DNA of 64,000 nucleotides. Origin: Burkholderiales bacterium. Lineage in GTDB: Bacteria > Pseudomonadota > Gammaproteobacteria > Burkholderiales > SG8-39. Both the position numbers and the translations under genes were made by a program. Below are positions 35,340 to 46,847 of the stretch, piece after piece. The notes under the pieces were generated by a model. That model was not told the DNA's origin and made no database searches. It saw nothing but the letters and a program-made list of their open reading frames with translations. Where the stretch lies: the NCBI GenBank assembly GCA_038904015.1, contig JBCKKZ010000001.1:14906-78905 (forward strand). Direction: 5' to 3'. Every line of letters starts with the position of its first letter. Position 1 is the stretch's first letter.

Positions 35340-37343
35340 CCCGTCTTTCTCAACTCGCCGTTGAATTTGAGCGAAATCGGGCGAGCGCGTGAGGCAAGTG
35401 TTTGATTCAAATCGACCCGGTTCGCAGCAATGCTTGTGGTGGAGACCTTGGTCCTTGGCGAGGTGGTTTTGCGTTCGTAGAATTCGCGCATGTTCCTGCG
35501 CTGCAACCGACGCCTGAAGGACGGCAAGGCCCACGAGTACTGGAGCGTTGTCGAGAACCGGCGCCTGAGCGACGGGCGCATCGTGCAGCGCCAGGTACTG
35601 TACCTGGGCGAGATCAACGCCAGCCAGCGCGAGGCCTGGCGCAAGACCATCGAGGTGCATGACGAGGGCAGGCGTCGGCAGGTTGCACTGTTTCCCGCCG
35701 GCTCGATGCCCGCGGACGACGTCGATGCGATCGGTGTGCGCCTAAGCGAACTGCGGCTCGAACGCCCGCGGCAATGGGGCGCTTGCTGGCTGGCGATGCA
35801 GCTGTGGCAGGAACTCGATCTGGAGGGCTTCTGGCGGCCACGGCTTGCACCCTCACGCGAAGGCACGCCGTGGCTGAAGGTGCTGCAGACGCTCGTGGCG
35901 TATCGACTCATCGATCCGGGCTCGGAGTGGCAGTTGCATCGACAGTGGTTCGATGCCAGCGCGATGGCTGATCTGCTCAACGCCGATTTCGCGCTGGCCG
36001 AGAAGAATACTCTGTATCGGTGCCTGGACCGACTCGTTGAGCACAAGGACGAACTGTTCAAATTCCTGTGCTGTCGGTGGGGAGAGCTGTTCGGCGCGAA
36101 GTTCGACGTGCTGCTGTACGACCTGACCAGCACGTACTTCGAGACTGACACCGAACGCAGCCCCGAGGACCTGCGCCAGTACGGCTACAGCCGCGACAAG
36201 CGAGGCGATTGCCGCCAAGTCGTCATCGCGTTGATCGTCACGCCCGAGGGTTTCCCGCTGAGCTACGAGGTACTGGCTGGTAACACCGCCGATTGCACCA
36301 CTTTGAGCGGTTTCCTGGATCGTATCGAGCAGCGCTATGGGCGGGCCAACCGCATCTGGGTGATGGACCGGGGCATCCCCACTGAGGAAAGTCTGGCCAA
36401 GATGCGTGGCATGGGCGCCTCCTACCTGGTGGGCACGCCCAAGGGCAGACTGTCCAAGCTCGAGCAGGACTTCCTCGGTCAGCCCTGGGTGCGTGTGCGC
36501 GAGGGCGTTCAGGTCAAGCGACTGGCCACCGAGGAGGACATCTACGTACTGGCGCAAAGCGATGCACGCATCGACAAGGAGCGCGGCATGCGCCGCAAGC
36601 GCCTGCGCCGCTATGTCGATCGGCTGCAGGCCTTGCGCAGCCAGCGGCTCACACGCGATCAGCTGCTGATGAAACTTGGCGCGGCCAGGCACGAAGCCGG
36701 GCGCGCAGCGAATCTGATCAAAGTCGAGATTCCAAAGGACAGTGCCACCGCGGCAAGCTTGGAGTTCAGGCTTCAGCGGGACAAGCTGCGCCAAGTGCGC
36801 CGACGCGAAGGCCGCTACCTGCTGCGTACCAACCTCGCGGCGCAAGAGCCCGAGCGGCTGTGGACGTTCTACATTCAGCTCACCGAGGTCGAGCAGGCCT
36901 TTAAAGAACTCAAGCACGACCTGGCAGTGCGGCCGATCTTCCATCGGAGGCAAGATCGCATCGATGCGCACATCTTTGTGGCGTTCCTCGCCTACTGCCT
37001 GCAGGTCACACTCAAGGCGAGGCTGCGCCCTGTGGCTGGTGGCATCACCCCGCGCGAGGTGCTTGCCAAATTCAAGACGATGCAGATGGTGGACGTGTGT
37101 ATCCCCACCACCGACGGGCGCGAACTCGTGCTCTCGCGCTACACCCAGCCCGAGACCGAGCACCGCATGCTGCTGGAGCAACTGCGACTGACGCTGCCCC
37201 AGCAGCCGCCGCCGAAAATCACGGCTAAGCAAGTTCGAGAAACGACTCCGGAACCCGCCACCGCGTAGTGGAGACCTTCCGCACCGTGCCACGCACAATC
37301 AGCTACTTAGCAGCAGCTTCGGCACCCAGTTGAGAAAGACGGG
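35340..37343 (+). mobile_element. IS1634-family (IS4 superfamily) element inserted in the outer IS
   Basis: Perfect 16-bp IRs CCCGTCTTTCTCAACT (35340-35355) and AGTTGAGAAAGACGGG (37328-37343). TTAG direct repeats at 35336-35339 and 37344-37347. Confidence 0.75.
35490..37268 (+). CDS. IS1634-family transposase
   Basis: 592 aa: MFLRCNRRLKDGKAHEYWSVVENRR..., YDLTSTYFE, VMDRGI, YIQLTEVEQAFKELKHDLAVRPIFH. Confidence 0.8.
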   Translation: MFLRCNRRLKDGKAHEYWSVVENRRLSDGRIVQRQVLYLGEINASQREAWRKTIEVHDEGRRRQVALFPAGSMPADDVDAIGVRLSELRLERPRQWGACWLAMQLWQELDLEGFWRPRLAPSREGTPWLKVLQTLVAYRLIDPGSEWQLHRQWFDASAMADLLNADFALAEKNTLYRCLDRLVEHKDELFKFLCCRWGELFGAKFDVLLYDLTSTYFETDTERSPEDLRQYGYSRDKRGDCRQVVIALIVTPEGFPLSYEVLAGNTADCTTLSGFLDRIEQRYGRANRIWVMDRGIPTEESLAKMRGMGASYLVGTPKGRLSKLEQDFLGQPWVRVREGVQVKRLATEEDIYVLAQSDARIDKERGMRRKRLRRYVDRLQALRSQRLTRDQLLMKLGAARHEAGRAANLIKVEIPKDSATAASLEFRLQRDKLRQVRRREGRYLLRTNLAAQEPERLWTFYIQLTEVEQAFKELKHDLAVRPIFHRRQDRIDAHIFVAFLAYCLQVTLKARLRPVAGGITPREVLAKFKTMQMVDVCIPTTDGRELVLSRYTQPETEHRMLLEQLRLTLPQQPPPKITAKQVRETTPEPATA

Positions 37344-37381
37344 TTAGGTCAACCTTGGGCCGTGGAAATCCAGGCTAGTCA

Positions 37382-38578
37382 GTGAACCCCACCATCGCCC
37401 TCCCAAATTTGCTAGCCCGCCTATGGCATCACCTCAGCCAGCGCCGTCGGCGTCAATTCGGGCTGTTAATGGGCTTGATGCTGGTCAGTGCGTTCGCGGA
37501 AGTGGTTAGCTTGGGCGCCGTGTTGCCCTTCCTCGGCATACTCACTGCGCCCGATCGGGTGTTCAGCCACCCTATCGTCGCGGATGTGGCGCAGGCATGG
37601 GGCATCACCTCGGCCGATCAATTGGTGTTGCCCCTCACCGTCGCGTTTGTCACCGCAGCCCTGATAGCGGGAGCAATCCGCATCCTTTTATTGTGGGCCA
37701 GCACCCGGCTCGCGGTTGCCAGCGGTGCGGATCTCAGCATCGAGGTGTATCGCCGCACCCTCTACCAGCCCTACCGGGTGCATGTGGCCCGTAATAGCAG
37801 CGAGGTGATCAGCGGCATCACCAACAAGGTCAACGGCGTGGTGTTCGGGGTGCTGTTGCCATTGCTGACGTTGGCCAGTTCAATCGTATTGCTGGTGGCT
37901 ATCATGCTCGCCTTGATCGCCATCAATCCGGTGGTAGCCTCGGTGGCGGCTGTCGGTTTCGGTGCCAGTTACGCGTTGATCACGTGGATGTCCCGCCGAC
38001 GGCTGCATCGCAACAGCCAGCGCATCGCCCGCGAACAAACTCAAGTGGTCAAGGCCCTGCAAGAAGGCTTGGGCGGCATTCGCGATGTGCTGCTGGATGG
38101 GACGCAGCCAGTTTACTGCGACATCTACCGCCAGGCCGACCACCCATTGCGGCGAGCGCAGGGCAACAACTCCTTCATTGGCGGAAGCCCCCGTTACATC
38201 ATGGAAGCCCTGGGAATGGTGCTGATCGCCGCCTTGGCCTATGCCATTAGCCGTCAGGCCGGGGGCATCGCCACAGCCCTGCCAGTGCTCGGCGCGCAAC
38301 GCCTGCTACCGGCCCTGCAGCAGAGCTATAGCGCTTGGGCGAGCATTGCCGGCAGCCATGCCTCACTGGCCGATACCATCGCACTGCTCGATCAGCCTCT
38401 GCCGGCGGAGCTACTGCAACCCGCTCCCGCGCCGCTGCTCTTTCAGGACGCCATCCGCTTCGACGCCGTGCGCTTCCGCTACACCGGCGACGGCCCTTGG
38501 GTGCTGGATGGTCTCAATCTGACCATCCCCAAGGGCGCCCGTGTCGGCTTTGTCGGCAGAATGGCCAGGGCGATATGA
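37382..38578 (+). pseudogene. ABC exporter (MsbA-like TMD-NBD) truncated at the Walker A loop
   Basis: Six-helix TMD, then the start of the NBD: LNLTIPKGARVGFVG. The expected RSGSGKST is replaced by RMARAI and a stop. Confidence 0.7.
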
Positions 38579-38715
38579 AAAAGCTATTTATCTACCGTGA
38601 GTTACGCTACCGTGAGTCGGGCAGTGAAACAGGCGGAAAAGAGGGGGGTGTGAAAATGTCAAACGTAAGGCCTGACCCTGAGATTCGCTACATTCCCCAT
38701 GAACGACTTCACCCT

Positions 38716-38766
38716 AACCGTACAGCCCTCATCTGCGGCATCTCTGGCCAAGACGGGGCCTATTTG
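38716..38766 (+). pseudogene. GDP-mannose 4,6-dehydratase (gmd) 5' micro-fragment
   Basis: NRTALICGISGQDGAYL resembles the gmd Rossmann start (ALITGxTGQDGSYL). It terminates 6 codons later. Confidence 0.35.
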
Positions 38767-38791
38767 GACGCCGCCAAAAATTGATTTTGCC

Positions 38792-39622
38792 ATGACCCAC
38801 CCCCACACCCTCATCATCGAACCCGGCATGGCCGACCGCCATTACTGGCGCGACCTTTGGCGCTACCGCGAGCTGTTCTTTGTGCTGGCCTGGCGTGACA
38901 TTTCGGTGCGCTACAAGCAGACCATCATCGGCTTGGCCTGGGCGCTGATTCAACCCTTGTTAACCCTAGTGGTCCTCACCGTCATCTTCAGCAAAGTGGC
39001 CAAATTGCCCACCGAAGGCGCAGCGCCTTATGCGCTGCTGGTGTTTGCTGGCCTGCTGCCATGGCAACTGTTTGCCACATCACTCTCCGGCGCATCCGGT
39101 AGCCTGGTCGGCAATGCCAACCTCATTAGCAAGGTGTATTTCCCTCGGCTCATTGTGCCCACTGCTGCGGTGGTGGTGTCGTTTGTCGACTTTCTGGTCA
39201 GCTTTGTCATTTTGCTTGGGCTGATGCTGTGGTACCAGTTTTTGCCCGGCTGGCAAATCCTTACCCTGCCGCTGTTTGTGGCCATGGCCTTCTTGGCCAG
39301 CCTGGGACCGGGGCTTTGGATTACCGCGCTTAACGTCAAATACCGCGACTTCAGATACGTCATACCCTTCATCGTGCAGTTTGGCCTGTATGTGTCGCCG
39401 GTAGGTTTTAGCTCGTCGGTGGTGCCACCAGAGTGGCGACTGCTGTATTCACTTAACCCGGTGGTCGGCGTCATAGACGGCTTTCGCTGGGCCATCTTGG
39501 GTGGTGAATCCAACCTGTACATCCCCGGCTTCCTGCTAAGCTGGGCCGTCATCGCCTTCTTTTTGTGGCTAGGCATCCGCCAGTTCCGCAAGATGGAGAA
39601 AAGCTTCGCCGACCTGATCTAG
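38792..39622 (+). CDS. wzm: ABC-2 type polysaccharide export permease (Wzm)
   Basis: YWRDLWRYRELFFVLAWRDISVRYKQTIIGLAWALIQPLL, followed by 6 TM segments. Confidence 0.85.
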   Translation: MTHPHTLIIEPGMADRHYWRDLWRYRELFFVLAWRDISVRYKQTIIGLAWALIQPLLTLVVLTVIFSKVAKLPTEGAAPYALLVFAGLLPWQLFATSLSGASGSLVGNANLISKVYFPRLIVPTAAVVVSFVDFLVSFVILLGLMLWYQFLPGWQILTLPLFVAMAFLASLGPGLWITALNVKYRDFRYVIPFIVQFGLYVSPVGFSSSVVPPEWRLLYSLNPVVGVIDGFRWAILGGESNLYIPGFLLSWAVIAFFLWLGIRQFRKMEKSFADLI

Positions 39623-39623
39623 T

Positions 39624-39652
39624 CCGTCATTGCGAGCGAAGCGCGGCAATCC
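39624..39652. repeat. Small palindromic repeat unit in the wzm-wzt spacer
   Basis: ccgtcATTGCgagcgaagcgcgGCAATcc, a common bacterial intergenic repeat architecture related in layout to 31252-31276. Confidence 0.5.
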
Positions 39653-39676
39653 ATGCCCCCATGAACCCCTGACCCC

Positions 39677-41011
39677 ATGTCCAATATAGCCATCTCCGTA
39701 GAAAACCTAAGCAAGTCGTACCTCATTGGCCACAACGCCGCCCAGTCCGAGCGTTACACCTCTCTGCGTGACGTTGTAGCCCGCAACGCCCGCAACCTGG
39801 CGCGCAAAACCCGCGATATGTTTAGTGGCCGAGCCATCGTGCAAGGTGATGAGGTTGAAGAATTCTGGGCGCTGAAGGATGTTTCTTTCGAAATCAAGCA
39901 GGGTGATCGCGTTGGCATCATCGGTCGCAATGGGGCGGGCAAATCCACGCTGCTGAAAATACTGAGCCGCATTACAGAACCCACATCGGGAAAGGTTTCC
40001 ATCAAGGGGCGCGTAGCAAGTCTGCTGGAAGTCGGTACGGGCTTCCACCCCGAGCTGACCGGACGGGAGAATATTTTTCTCAACGGCGCTATTCTCGGCA
40101 TGAGCAGGGCAGAAATAAAAAGCAAGTTCGATGAAATCGTCGCGTTTTCCGAAGTGGAAAAATTTCTCGACACCCCAGTTAAACGTTATTCCAGTGGAAT
40201 GTATGTGCGGCTGGCTTTTGCCGTGGCGGCACATCTGCAGCCTGAGATTCTCATCGTGGATGAGGTTCTTGCAGTGGGTGATGCGCAATTCCAAAAAAAA
40301 TGCATCGGAAAGATGGAAGATGTTAGCAAAGATGGTCGCACAGTATTGTTTGTAAGTCACAACATGGATGCTGTAAATAATCTATGCCATTCCGCTCTCA
40401 TGTTGGAGGGAGGGGTGATAACAAGAAAAGGGACTAGCTTTGACGTTACTAGGCAATACTTAAGTAGCGGACGCAGAGCGACTAACAATCTAAATTGGAT
40501 TAAACCGAATAATTTTAAAAATGATTTTGCTGATATCGTTGACATAATTGGATACTCTGTGCTGTCAGATTCTGGTCAAAATGACTCAATTATATTTAAA
40601 TCAAGAATATATTCAGTTGAAATCGATGCAAATATTAAATTAAGAAATCAAAACATTGTATTTTTCTTAAGCTATTTTTCAAGTTCCGGTGAGTTGCTTT
40701 TTGTTTCGGACTGTTATGACTGTCCGGAAAATTATGATGATTTGGGGGTTGGACGTATAACACTAAGTGTCAAGGTACCGGTTGAACTTTTTAATACAGG
40801 AAGCTATCACATGGAGCTTTCATGTGTTATTCATCACATGGGATGGCCGATGATGGGTGGTAAAGGGCAAATGATGGCCTTTGAGTTCGTAGATGACTCT
40901 CCGGCTACCAAAATGCAATTTACTGCAAATCACCCCTTTACGGGTTCGTCTAAGCCTGGCCTACTATCAGTCAAATTGCCATGGAGCATAAGGCAGTTTG
41001 CTCAGAGTTAA
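39677..41011 (+). CDS. wzt: ABC transporter ATP-binding protein Wzt with about 190-aa C-terminal extension
   Basis: Walker A GRNGAGKST, signature YSSGM, Walker B ILIVDE. The NBD ends near residue 250 and an extra C-terminal domain follows. Confidence 0.85.
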   Translation: MSNIAISVENLSKSYLIGHNAAQSERYTSLRDVVARNARNLARKTRDMFSGRAIVQGDEVEEFWALKDVSFEIKQGDRVGIIGRNGAGKSTLLKILSRITEPTSGKVSIKGRVASLLEVGTGFHPELTGRENIFLNGAILGMSRAEIKSKFDEIVAFSEVEKFLDTPVKRYSSGMYVRLAFAVAAHLQPEILIVDEVLAVGDAQFQKKCIGKMEDVSKDGRTVLFVSHNMDAVNNLCHSALMLEGGVITRKGTSFDVTRQYLSSGRRATNNLNWIKPNNFKNDFADIVDIIGYSVLSDSGQNDSIIFKSRIYSVEIDANIKLRNQNIVFFLSYFSSSGELLFVSDCYDCPENYDDLGVGRITLSVKVPVELFNTGSYHMELSCVIHHMGWPMMGGKGQMMAFEFVDDSPATKMQFTANHPFTGSSKPGLLSVKLPWSIRQFAQS

Positions 41012-41024
41012 AGGCTCAATTTAA

Positions 41025-42038
41025 ATGTCGATTAATGTAAAAATATCTTCCGGCTCGCCGGAGCTGTCATCGATTTTCCTTAGGCAAACACCCTCTGGTT
41101 CAGGGATTTGGGCAGATCATAAGTTCTTTGTAAACGAACATGTTGAACGCTGTGACTGGTGGATTATTTGTCACCAGTCCGCAGTCCAAAAACATGAAGT
41201 GACTATTTGCGACCCGGGGCATATTGTTTTTATCTCTATGGAGCCAACAGAAGGCTCAACCCCACATATTTTTTACAAGCAGTTCTCGAAATTACTGTTG
41301 TGCGATAGAAGCATACAACACCCTGATATCCAGTATGTTAATGGCACCACTTGGTGGACCGGAATTCAAGTTAAGTTTGAGGAATGTCACAAATTTCTAC
41401 CGACAGTATCTCAAGACTACGATACCTTTAAGAAAATGAGTTTGCCAATTAAGCAAAATCGTATTTCCGTTATTTGTTCAAATAACAAAGGGTTGCCTGG
41501 TCATAGGAAGCGACTTGAGTTTTTGGACAAGTTGCGATTGCATCCGATAGCTCGACATATCGATTTTTATGGCGGTGGGCATAACCATGTCTTCGACAAG
41601 CTGGATGCGATAGCACCTTATAAGTATCATTTGGTTCTTGAGAATAGTGTTGTTCCAGATTACTGGTCGGAAAAACTGGGCGATCCATTGTTAGGGTTTG
41701 CGCTCCCAATTTATTACGGCTGTCCGAATATTGAAAAGTATTTTTCAAAGAAATCACTAATACAAATAGATATTGATGATTTTGAAAAAACCGTTGCGAC
41801 TATGGAGCGCATAATAAAAGACGATATTTACGAAAGTTATCTTCCAGCAATTATCGAAGCAAGAAATCTGATTCTCGACCGCTACAACATATTCCAATTA
41901 ATGGCCGATGTCTGCAATGCACCAGCCACGAGATTTGTACAGTGCAGTGTCAGACCTGCGGGGCATCTAGTGCGGTCCTGGCCACGACGGCTTGCGCGTA
42001 AGTGGATCCACCGCTTGCGCGGAATTCAGTCCGATTAA
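41025..42038 (+). CDS. GT10-like (fucosyltransferase-type) glycosyltransferase
   Basis: [25 protein letters not shown] resembles the GT10 motif (FENS...YxTEKL). The ORF is AT-rich. Confidence 0.5.
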   Translation: MSINVKISSGSPELSSIFLRQTPSGSGIWADHKFFVNEHVERCDWWIICHQSAVQKHEVTICDPGHIVFISMEPTEGSTPHIFYKQFSKLLLCDRSIQHPDIQYVNGTTWWTGIQVKFEECHKFLPTVSQDYDTFKKMSLPIKQNRISVICSNNKGLPGHRKRLEFLDKLRLHPIARHIDFYGGGHNHVFDKLDAIAPYKYHLVLENSVVPDYWSEKLGDPLLGFALPIYYGCPNIEKYFSKKSLIQIDIDDFEKTVATMERIIKDDIYESYLPAIIEARNLILDRYNIFQLMADVCNAPATRFVQCSVRPAGHLVRSWPRRLARKWIHRLRGIQSD

Positions 42039-42058
42039 TCTATCAGGGCAACATTGAC

Positions 42059-42835
42059 ATGAAAGCAGTGATTCTTGCCGGTGGCCTGGGCACGCGCATC
42101 AGCGAAGAAACCCACATCAAGCCCAAACCCATGATCGAGATCGGCAGCAAGCCCATCTTGTGGCACATCCTGAAGACCTACTCCCACCACGGCATCAATG
42201 ACTTCATCATTTGTTGTGGCTACAAGGGCTACATCATTAAAGAATACTTTGCCAACTATTTTTTGCACATGTCGGATGTCACCTTCGACATGAGCAAGAA
42301 CAGCATGGAGGTGCATCAGCAAAGCGCCGAGCCTTGGCGCGTAACGTTGGTGGACACGGGTGACGACACCATGACCGGTGGCCGCCTCAAGCGCGTCGCC
42401 TCCTACCTGCAAGGTGAAGAGGCCTTCTGCCTTACCTACGGCGATGGCGTGAGCGATGTCAACATCACCCAGCTCATAGCGTTTCACCGCGCCCACGGCC
42501 TGCAAGCCACACTCACCGCCACTTACCCGCCCAGTCGCTTTGGTGCGCTAGACATTCATGCAGACCAGCGCATCACCGCCTTCAAAGAAAAGCCTAAGGG
42601 CGACGGCGGCATGATCAACGGTGGCTTCTTCGTGCTCTCGCCCAAGGTGATCGACCTGATTGGCAACGACCAAGTCATTTGGGAGCGTGAGCCCCTCCAA
42701 ACGCTGGCCGCATCCAACCAACTCAAAGCCTTCCAGCATGAAGGCTTCTGGCAACCTATGGACACGTTGCGCGACAAGAATTACCTGGAAGAGCTTTGGC
42801 AATCCGGCAAAGCGCCGTGGAAGGTATGGGCATGA
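42059..42835 (+). CDS. rfbF: Glucose-1-phosphate cytidylyltransferase
   Basis: [37 protein letters not shown]...[12 protein letters not shown]. Confidence 0.9.
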   Translation: MKAVILAGGLGTRISEETHIKPKPMIEIGSKPILWHILKTYSHHGINDFIICCGYKGYIIKEYFANYFLHMSDVTFDMSKNSMEVHQQSAEPWRVTLVDTGDDTMTGGRLKRVASYLQGEEAFCLTYGDGVSDVNITQLIAFHRAHGLQATLTATYPPSRFGALDIHADQRITAFKEKPKGDGGMINGGFFVLSPKVIDLIGNDQVIWEREPLQTLAASNQLKAFQHEGFWQPMDTLRDKNYLEELWQSGKAPWKVWA

Positions 42836-43905
42836 ACCCATCATTCTGGAGCGGCAAAAAAGTATTTGTCACCGGCCACACCGGCTTCAAAGGGAGTTGG
42901 CTAAGCCTGTGGTTGCAGCAGCTAGATGCCCAGGTCACCGGCTACGCCCTCCAGCCGCCGACTAACCCCAGCCTGTTCGAAGTAGCGCAGGTGGCGCAGG
43001 GCATGAAATCCATCATTGGCGACATCCGCGATGGCACCATGTTGACCAATGCTATGCGACAGGCCGCGCCTGACATCGTCATCCACATGGCCGCCCAGCC
43101 GCTGGTGCGGCGCTCGTATGTTGACCCGGTCGAGACCTATTCCACCAACGTTATGGGCACCGCGCACCTGTTGGAAGCGGTACGGGAAACACCATCCGTG
43201 TGTGCCGTGGTCAACGTGACCACCGACAAGTGCTACGAAAACAAGGAATGGGTGTGGGGCTACCGTGAGAGCGAGCCTATGGGCGGCTTCGACCCCTACA
43301 GCAGCAGCAAAGGCTGCGCCGAATTGGTCACGGCAGCCTATCGCAACTCGTTCTTCAATGCAGCGAAACACAGCGAGCACCAAGTCGCCTTGGCAACGGC
43401 TAGAGCAGGCAACGTTATCGGTGGCGGCGACTGGGCCGAGGATCGGCTTATTCCAGACATCCTGCGGGCCATCGAAGCAGGCCAGAGCGTCAACATCCGC
43501 AACCCCCACGCCACCCGCCCCTGGCAGCATGTGCTAGAACCCCTCTCGGGCTACCTCGTACTCGCCGAAAAACTGAGTAGTGAGGCGGGGCAACAATACG
43601 CCGAAGGTTGGAATTTTGGGCCTCGCGATGAAGACGCACGCCCAGTGCAATGGATCGTCGAGCAGCTCACGCAGCAATGGGGCGATGGCGCAGCCTGGCA
43701 CCTTGACGGTGGCACGCACCCACACGAAGCCCATTGCCTCAAGCTAGACTGCTCGAAGGCACGCGCCTTGCTGGGCTGGAGCCCCCGTTGGCATTTGGGC
43801 CAAGCCCTGCAATCCATCATCGCCTGGCACAAGGCGCACCATCGCAACCAAGACATGCGGACTTTATGCTTGCAGCAAATCAACGACTACTCGACAGCCA
43901 CCTAA
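42832..43905 (+). CDS. rfbG: CDP-glucose 4,6-dehydratase
   Basis: [24 protein letters not shown]...[12 protein letters not shown]...[16 protein letters not shown] overlap with rfbF. Confidence 0.9.
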   Translation: MNPSFWSGKKVFVTGHTGFKGSWLSLWLQQLDAQVTGYALQPPTNPSLFEVAQVAQGMKSIIGDIRDGTMLTNAMRQAAPDIVIHMAAQPLVRRSYVDPVETYSTNVMGTAHLLEAVRETPSVCAVVNVTTDKCYENKEWVWGYRESEPMGGFDPYSSSKGCAELVTAAYRNSFFNAAKHSEHQVALATARAGNVIGGGDWAEDRLIPDILRAIEAGQSVNIRNPHATRPWQHVLEPLSGYLVLAEKLSSEAGQQYAEGWNFGPRDEDARPVQWIVEQLTQQWGDGAAWHLDGGTHPHEAHCLKLDCSKARALLGWSPRWHLGQALQSIIAWHKAHHRNQDMRTLCLQQINDYSTAT

Positions 43906-43926
43906 TTTTCATTTATTTCTCAATCC

Positions 43927-45249
43927 ATGCAAAACGCCAAAACCCAAGCCATCCGCGAGCAAATCGCCAAGCTGGTCGAAGAGTACGCCGCCATCGCCCT
44001 GGCCCCCGATCCATTCTTGCCCGGTGCCACCATGGTTCCCCCTTCGGGCAAGCTGCTAGACGCAGCCGAGCTCAAGAACATGGTCGAAGCCTCGCTTGAC
44101 GGCTGGCTAACCACAGGCCGTTTCAATGCTGAATTCGAGAAAAAGCTGGCAGCCTTCATCGGCGTCAAGCACCTGATCACCGTCAACTCGGGCTCGTCGG
44201 CCAACCTCGTCGCGTTCAGCACATTGACATCGCCCAAACTGGGCGAGCGGGCCATCAAACCAGGCGATGAAGTCATCGGTGTGGCGGCAGGTTTCCCCAC
44301 CACCGTCAACCCCATTCTTCAGTTTGGCGCCGTGCCGGTGTTTGTGGATGTGGACCGCCTCACCCACAACATTGACGCCAGCAAGATCGAAGCGGCCATC
44401 AGCCCCAAGACCAAGGCCATCATGCTGGCGCACTCGCTGGGCAACACCTTCAACCTGGATGTGGTCACGGCCCTGTGCAAAAAATACAACTTATGGCTGG
44501 TAGAAGACTGCTGTGATGCGCTGGGTAGCACCTACCGCGGCCAGATGGTCGGCACCTTTGGCGACATTGCCACTCTGAGCTTTTACCCGGCGCACCACAT
44601 CACCATGGGCGAGGGTGGGGCAGTATTTACCAAGCACGACGAACTTAAAGTTATTGCCGAGAGCTTCCGCGACTGGGGGCGGGATTGCTACTGCGCGCCC
44701 GGCAAAGACAACACTTGTGGTAAACGCTTTTGTTGGAAGCTGGGCGACCTGCCCGAGGGTTACGACCACAAATACACCTACAGCCACCTGGGCTACAACC
44801 TTAAAATCACCGATATGCAGGCGGCCTGTGGGCTGGCCCAGTTGGGCAAAGCCGCACAGTTTATCCAGGCCCGCAAGGACAACTTTGCCTTTCTGAAAGA
44901 ACGCCTGAAGGACTGCGAAGAGTTTGTGAATCTGCCCGAGCCGACCGAACACTCCGACCCCTCGTGGTTCGGATTTCCGATCACGCTAAAAGAAAACTGC
45001 CCGGTGACCCGGCTGGACTTGCTCACTTACCTGGATCAAAACAAGGTCGGCACTCGCCTGCTGTTTGCCGGCAACGTGACGCGCCAGCCCTACATGATCG
45101 GCGCCAACTACCGCATCAGCGGTGACCTGACCAATACCGACAACGTGATGAACAACACCTTCTGGATCGGTCTGCATCCTTCGCTGACACGTGAGATGAT
45201 GGAGTTTGCAGCGCGCAAGATTGAGACTTATCTTGGCGTGAATTTCTGA
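43927..45249 (+). CDS. rfbH: CDP-6-deoxy-D-xylo-4-hexulose 3-dehydrase (E1, RfbH/DdhC-type)
   Basis: ...[37 protein letters not shown]...[17 protein letters not shown]...RDWGRDCYC. 440 aa. Confidence 0.85.
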   Translation: MQNAKTQAIREQIAKLVEEYAAIALAPDPFLPGATMVPPSGKLLDAAELKNMVEASLDGWLTTGRFNAEFEKKLAAFIGVKHLITVNSGSSANLVAFSTLTSPKLGERAIKPGDEVIGVAAGFPTTVNPILQFGAVPVFVDVDRLTHNIDASKIEAAISPKTKAIMLAHSLGNTFNLDVVTALCKKYNLWLVEDCCDALGSTYRGQMVGTFGDIATLSFYPAHHITMGEGGAVFTKHDELKVIAESFRDWGRDCYCAPGKDNTCGKRFCWKLGDLPEGYDHKYTYSHLGYNLKITDMQAACGLAQLGKAAQFIQARKDNFAFLKERLKDCEEFVNLPEPTEHSDPSWFGFPITLKENCPVTRLDLLTYLDQNKVGTRLLFAGNVTRQPYMIGANYRISGDLTNTDNVMNNTFWIGLHPSLTREMMEFAARKIETYLGVNF

Positions 45250-45387
45250 TTCTTGTATTTCCGAAAGTAAGACTTTTCCGAAATCCAGATATCCAAAACG
45301 CAAATGTAGAATTAGCCAACCAATGCCCATTAATTTATTAACCTCTGATTAGATCTCAAGAGTGCCGAGTTTGGCCCGGGTCTGGCC

Positions 45388-46832
45388 TCATGCGGCCAAG
45401 CGAAACATCTCCATTTTACGAGGGTCTTGCCTTTCGACGATGAATTTCGCGAGGAAATTGCGTTGGACGGCAGTCAAGAGAAATTCGGGCAGGCTCTGGC
45501 GTAGTGCATTGGCAACAACGAACTCAGATGGGGGAATGCCGGGGCGGATGGTTCGGAGCCAGGAGCCGAAGGACTCCCAGACGAGCTTGGGAAAGGCGAC
45601 CGCCAGGTACTGAAGCAATCCCTGACAGACGACACCGGCCTGGATGAAGACATGATAGGCGTGGATCTTGCGTTTGATGGCGTTGCGGTAGTCGAGGGAC
45701 TCACGATGAAGATATTGATTACCGTTGCGGCGGTGAAGCGGCTTCATGTCTTGCATCCAGAAATGGTAGGCGAATGAACCGATCAGACGAACAGCCTGTT
45801 TGAAGCTGTGTTCGATCTTGAAGCGCAGCCCATAGAGGCGAATGATCTCGATGGCACTCAAGGAGAGGTCCGTGCACATCAACAGGCAGGAACCTCTGGA
45901 AGGATGAATGACGGCCACGAAGCGCACGAGCCGGCCGACCGGACGCCACAGCAAATCGCAGACCCGATACTGGATCGTGACGTTGTGCTCGCCATAGACG
46001 GGGCTCGCGGCCGAGTGCGTGGGCTTGGGATCGTTGAGCAATGATTTGAGCTTGACCTTCGTACCGTAGAACCGGGGGCGGCCTCTTGTGCGGGGGCCAC
46101 TGTGCAAGTACGGAGCATAGGCGACCGCATTGGATCTCACCCGGGAGATCAGGTGGTTGTTCTGATCGAGCAAACCGTTGATGATTTTGCGAGCAGCGTA
46201 GTATGCATCGGCCACGAAGTAGAACGGCTCCTTGATCGCGACGATCTCGATCAGCGCGAGCATTTTGTCGAGCAAGGTACGCTCGAATCGCGATTGGACC
46301 ACACCAGACCTTCGTGAATGCGCACCGCCAGCGGTACCGCGAAGACGCTCTGAGCGGCCTGTACGAGCACGCTGACCGCCTGCAAGGAGTGCCCCATGAT
46401 GTATTCGGGTTTGGTGTTCGAATCCGACTGCTGATGCAGCAGCTTCACGCCCGGCATTTTCTTGCCGCACTTGGGTACTTTGATGCCATCCCCGACCAGG
46501 ACCCGCCGGCCATTGACGCGCAGCGGCTCAGGGAACAGCCGCAGCACCGCCTGTGTCCACAGCCCCGAGAGGCGATCGAGCTTCACGGCACCGCTATGAA
46601 AGCTATCGTGCAGCTTGTTGTAGAGGCGAGCCCGTAGTTTCAGTGCCCGCACGATGCTGGTTACGCCCAGCAGCTCCGTGCGCACCGTCAAGCCCACCAC
46701 GGCCGTGGCGAACCACATGAAGCTGCGCAGGCGTGAGAACGCCGGGCGCAGCAACCAGATCGCATTCCACCAGGCAATCCACAGCGACATCGCGCCCTCC
46801 GGTTCGTTGTTGTTGTCAATATAGTATAGCAT
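45388..46832 (-). pseudogene. DDE transposase split by a frameshift near 46260-46290
   Basis: ORF 46251-46832 (...RIHEGLVWSN) continues in another frame as ...RFERTLLDKMLALIEIV...FVADAYY... (45388-46470). Confidence 0.65.
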
Positions 46833-46847
46833 GTGTATGCTATATCA

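Larger units (their letters stand above)
33336..37374 (-). mobile_element. IS element (564-aa DDE transposase; family not assigned) carrying a nested IS1634-like element
   Basis: Terminal IRs CCTGGATTTCCACG (33336-33349) and CGTGGAAATCCAGG (37361-37374) extend imperfectly to about 45 bp. Flanking CTAG at 33332-33335 and 37375-37378. Confidence 0.75.
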
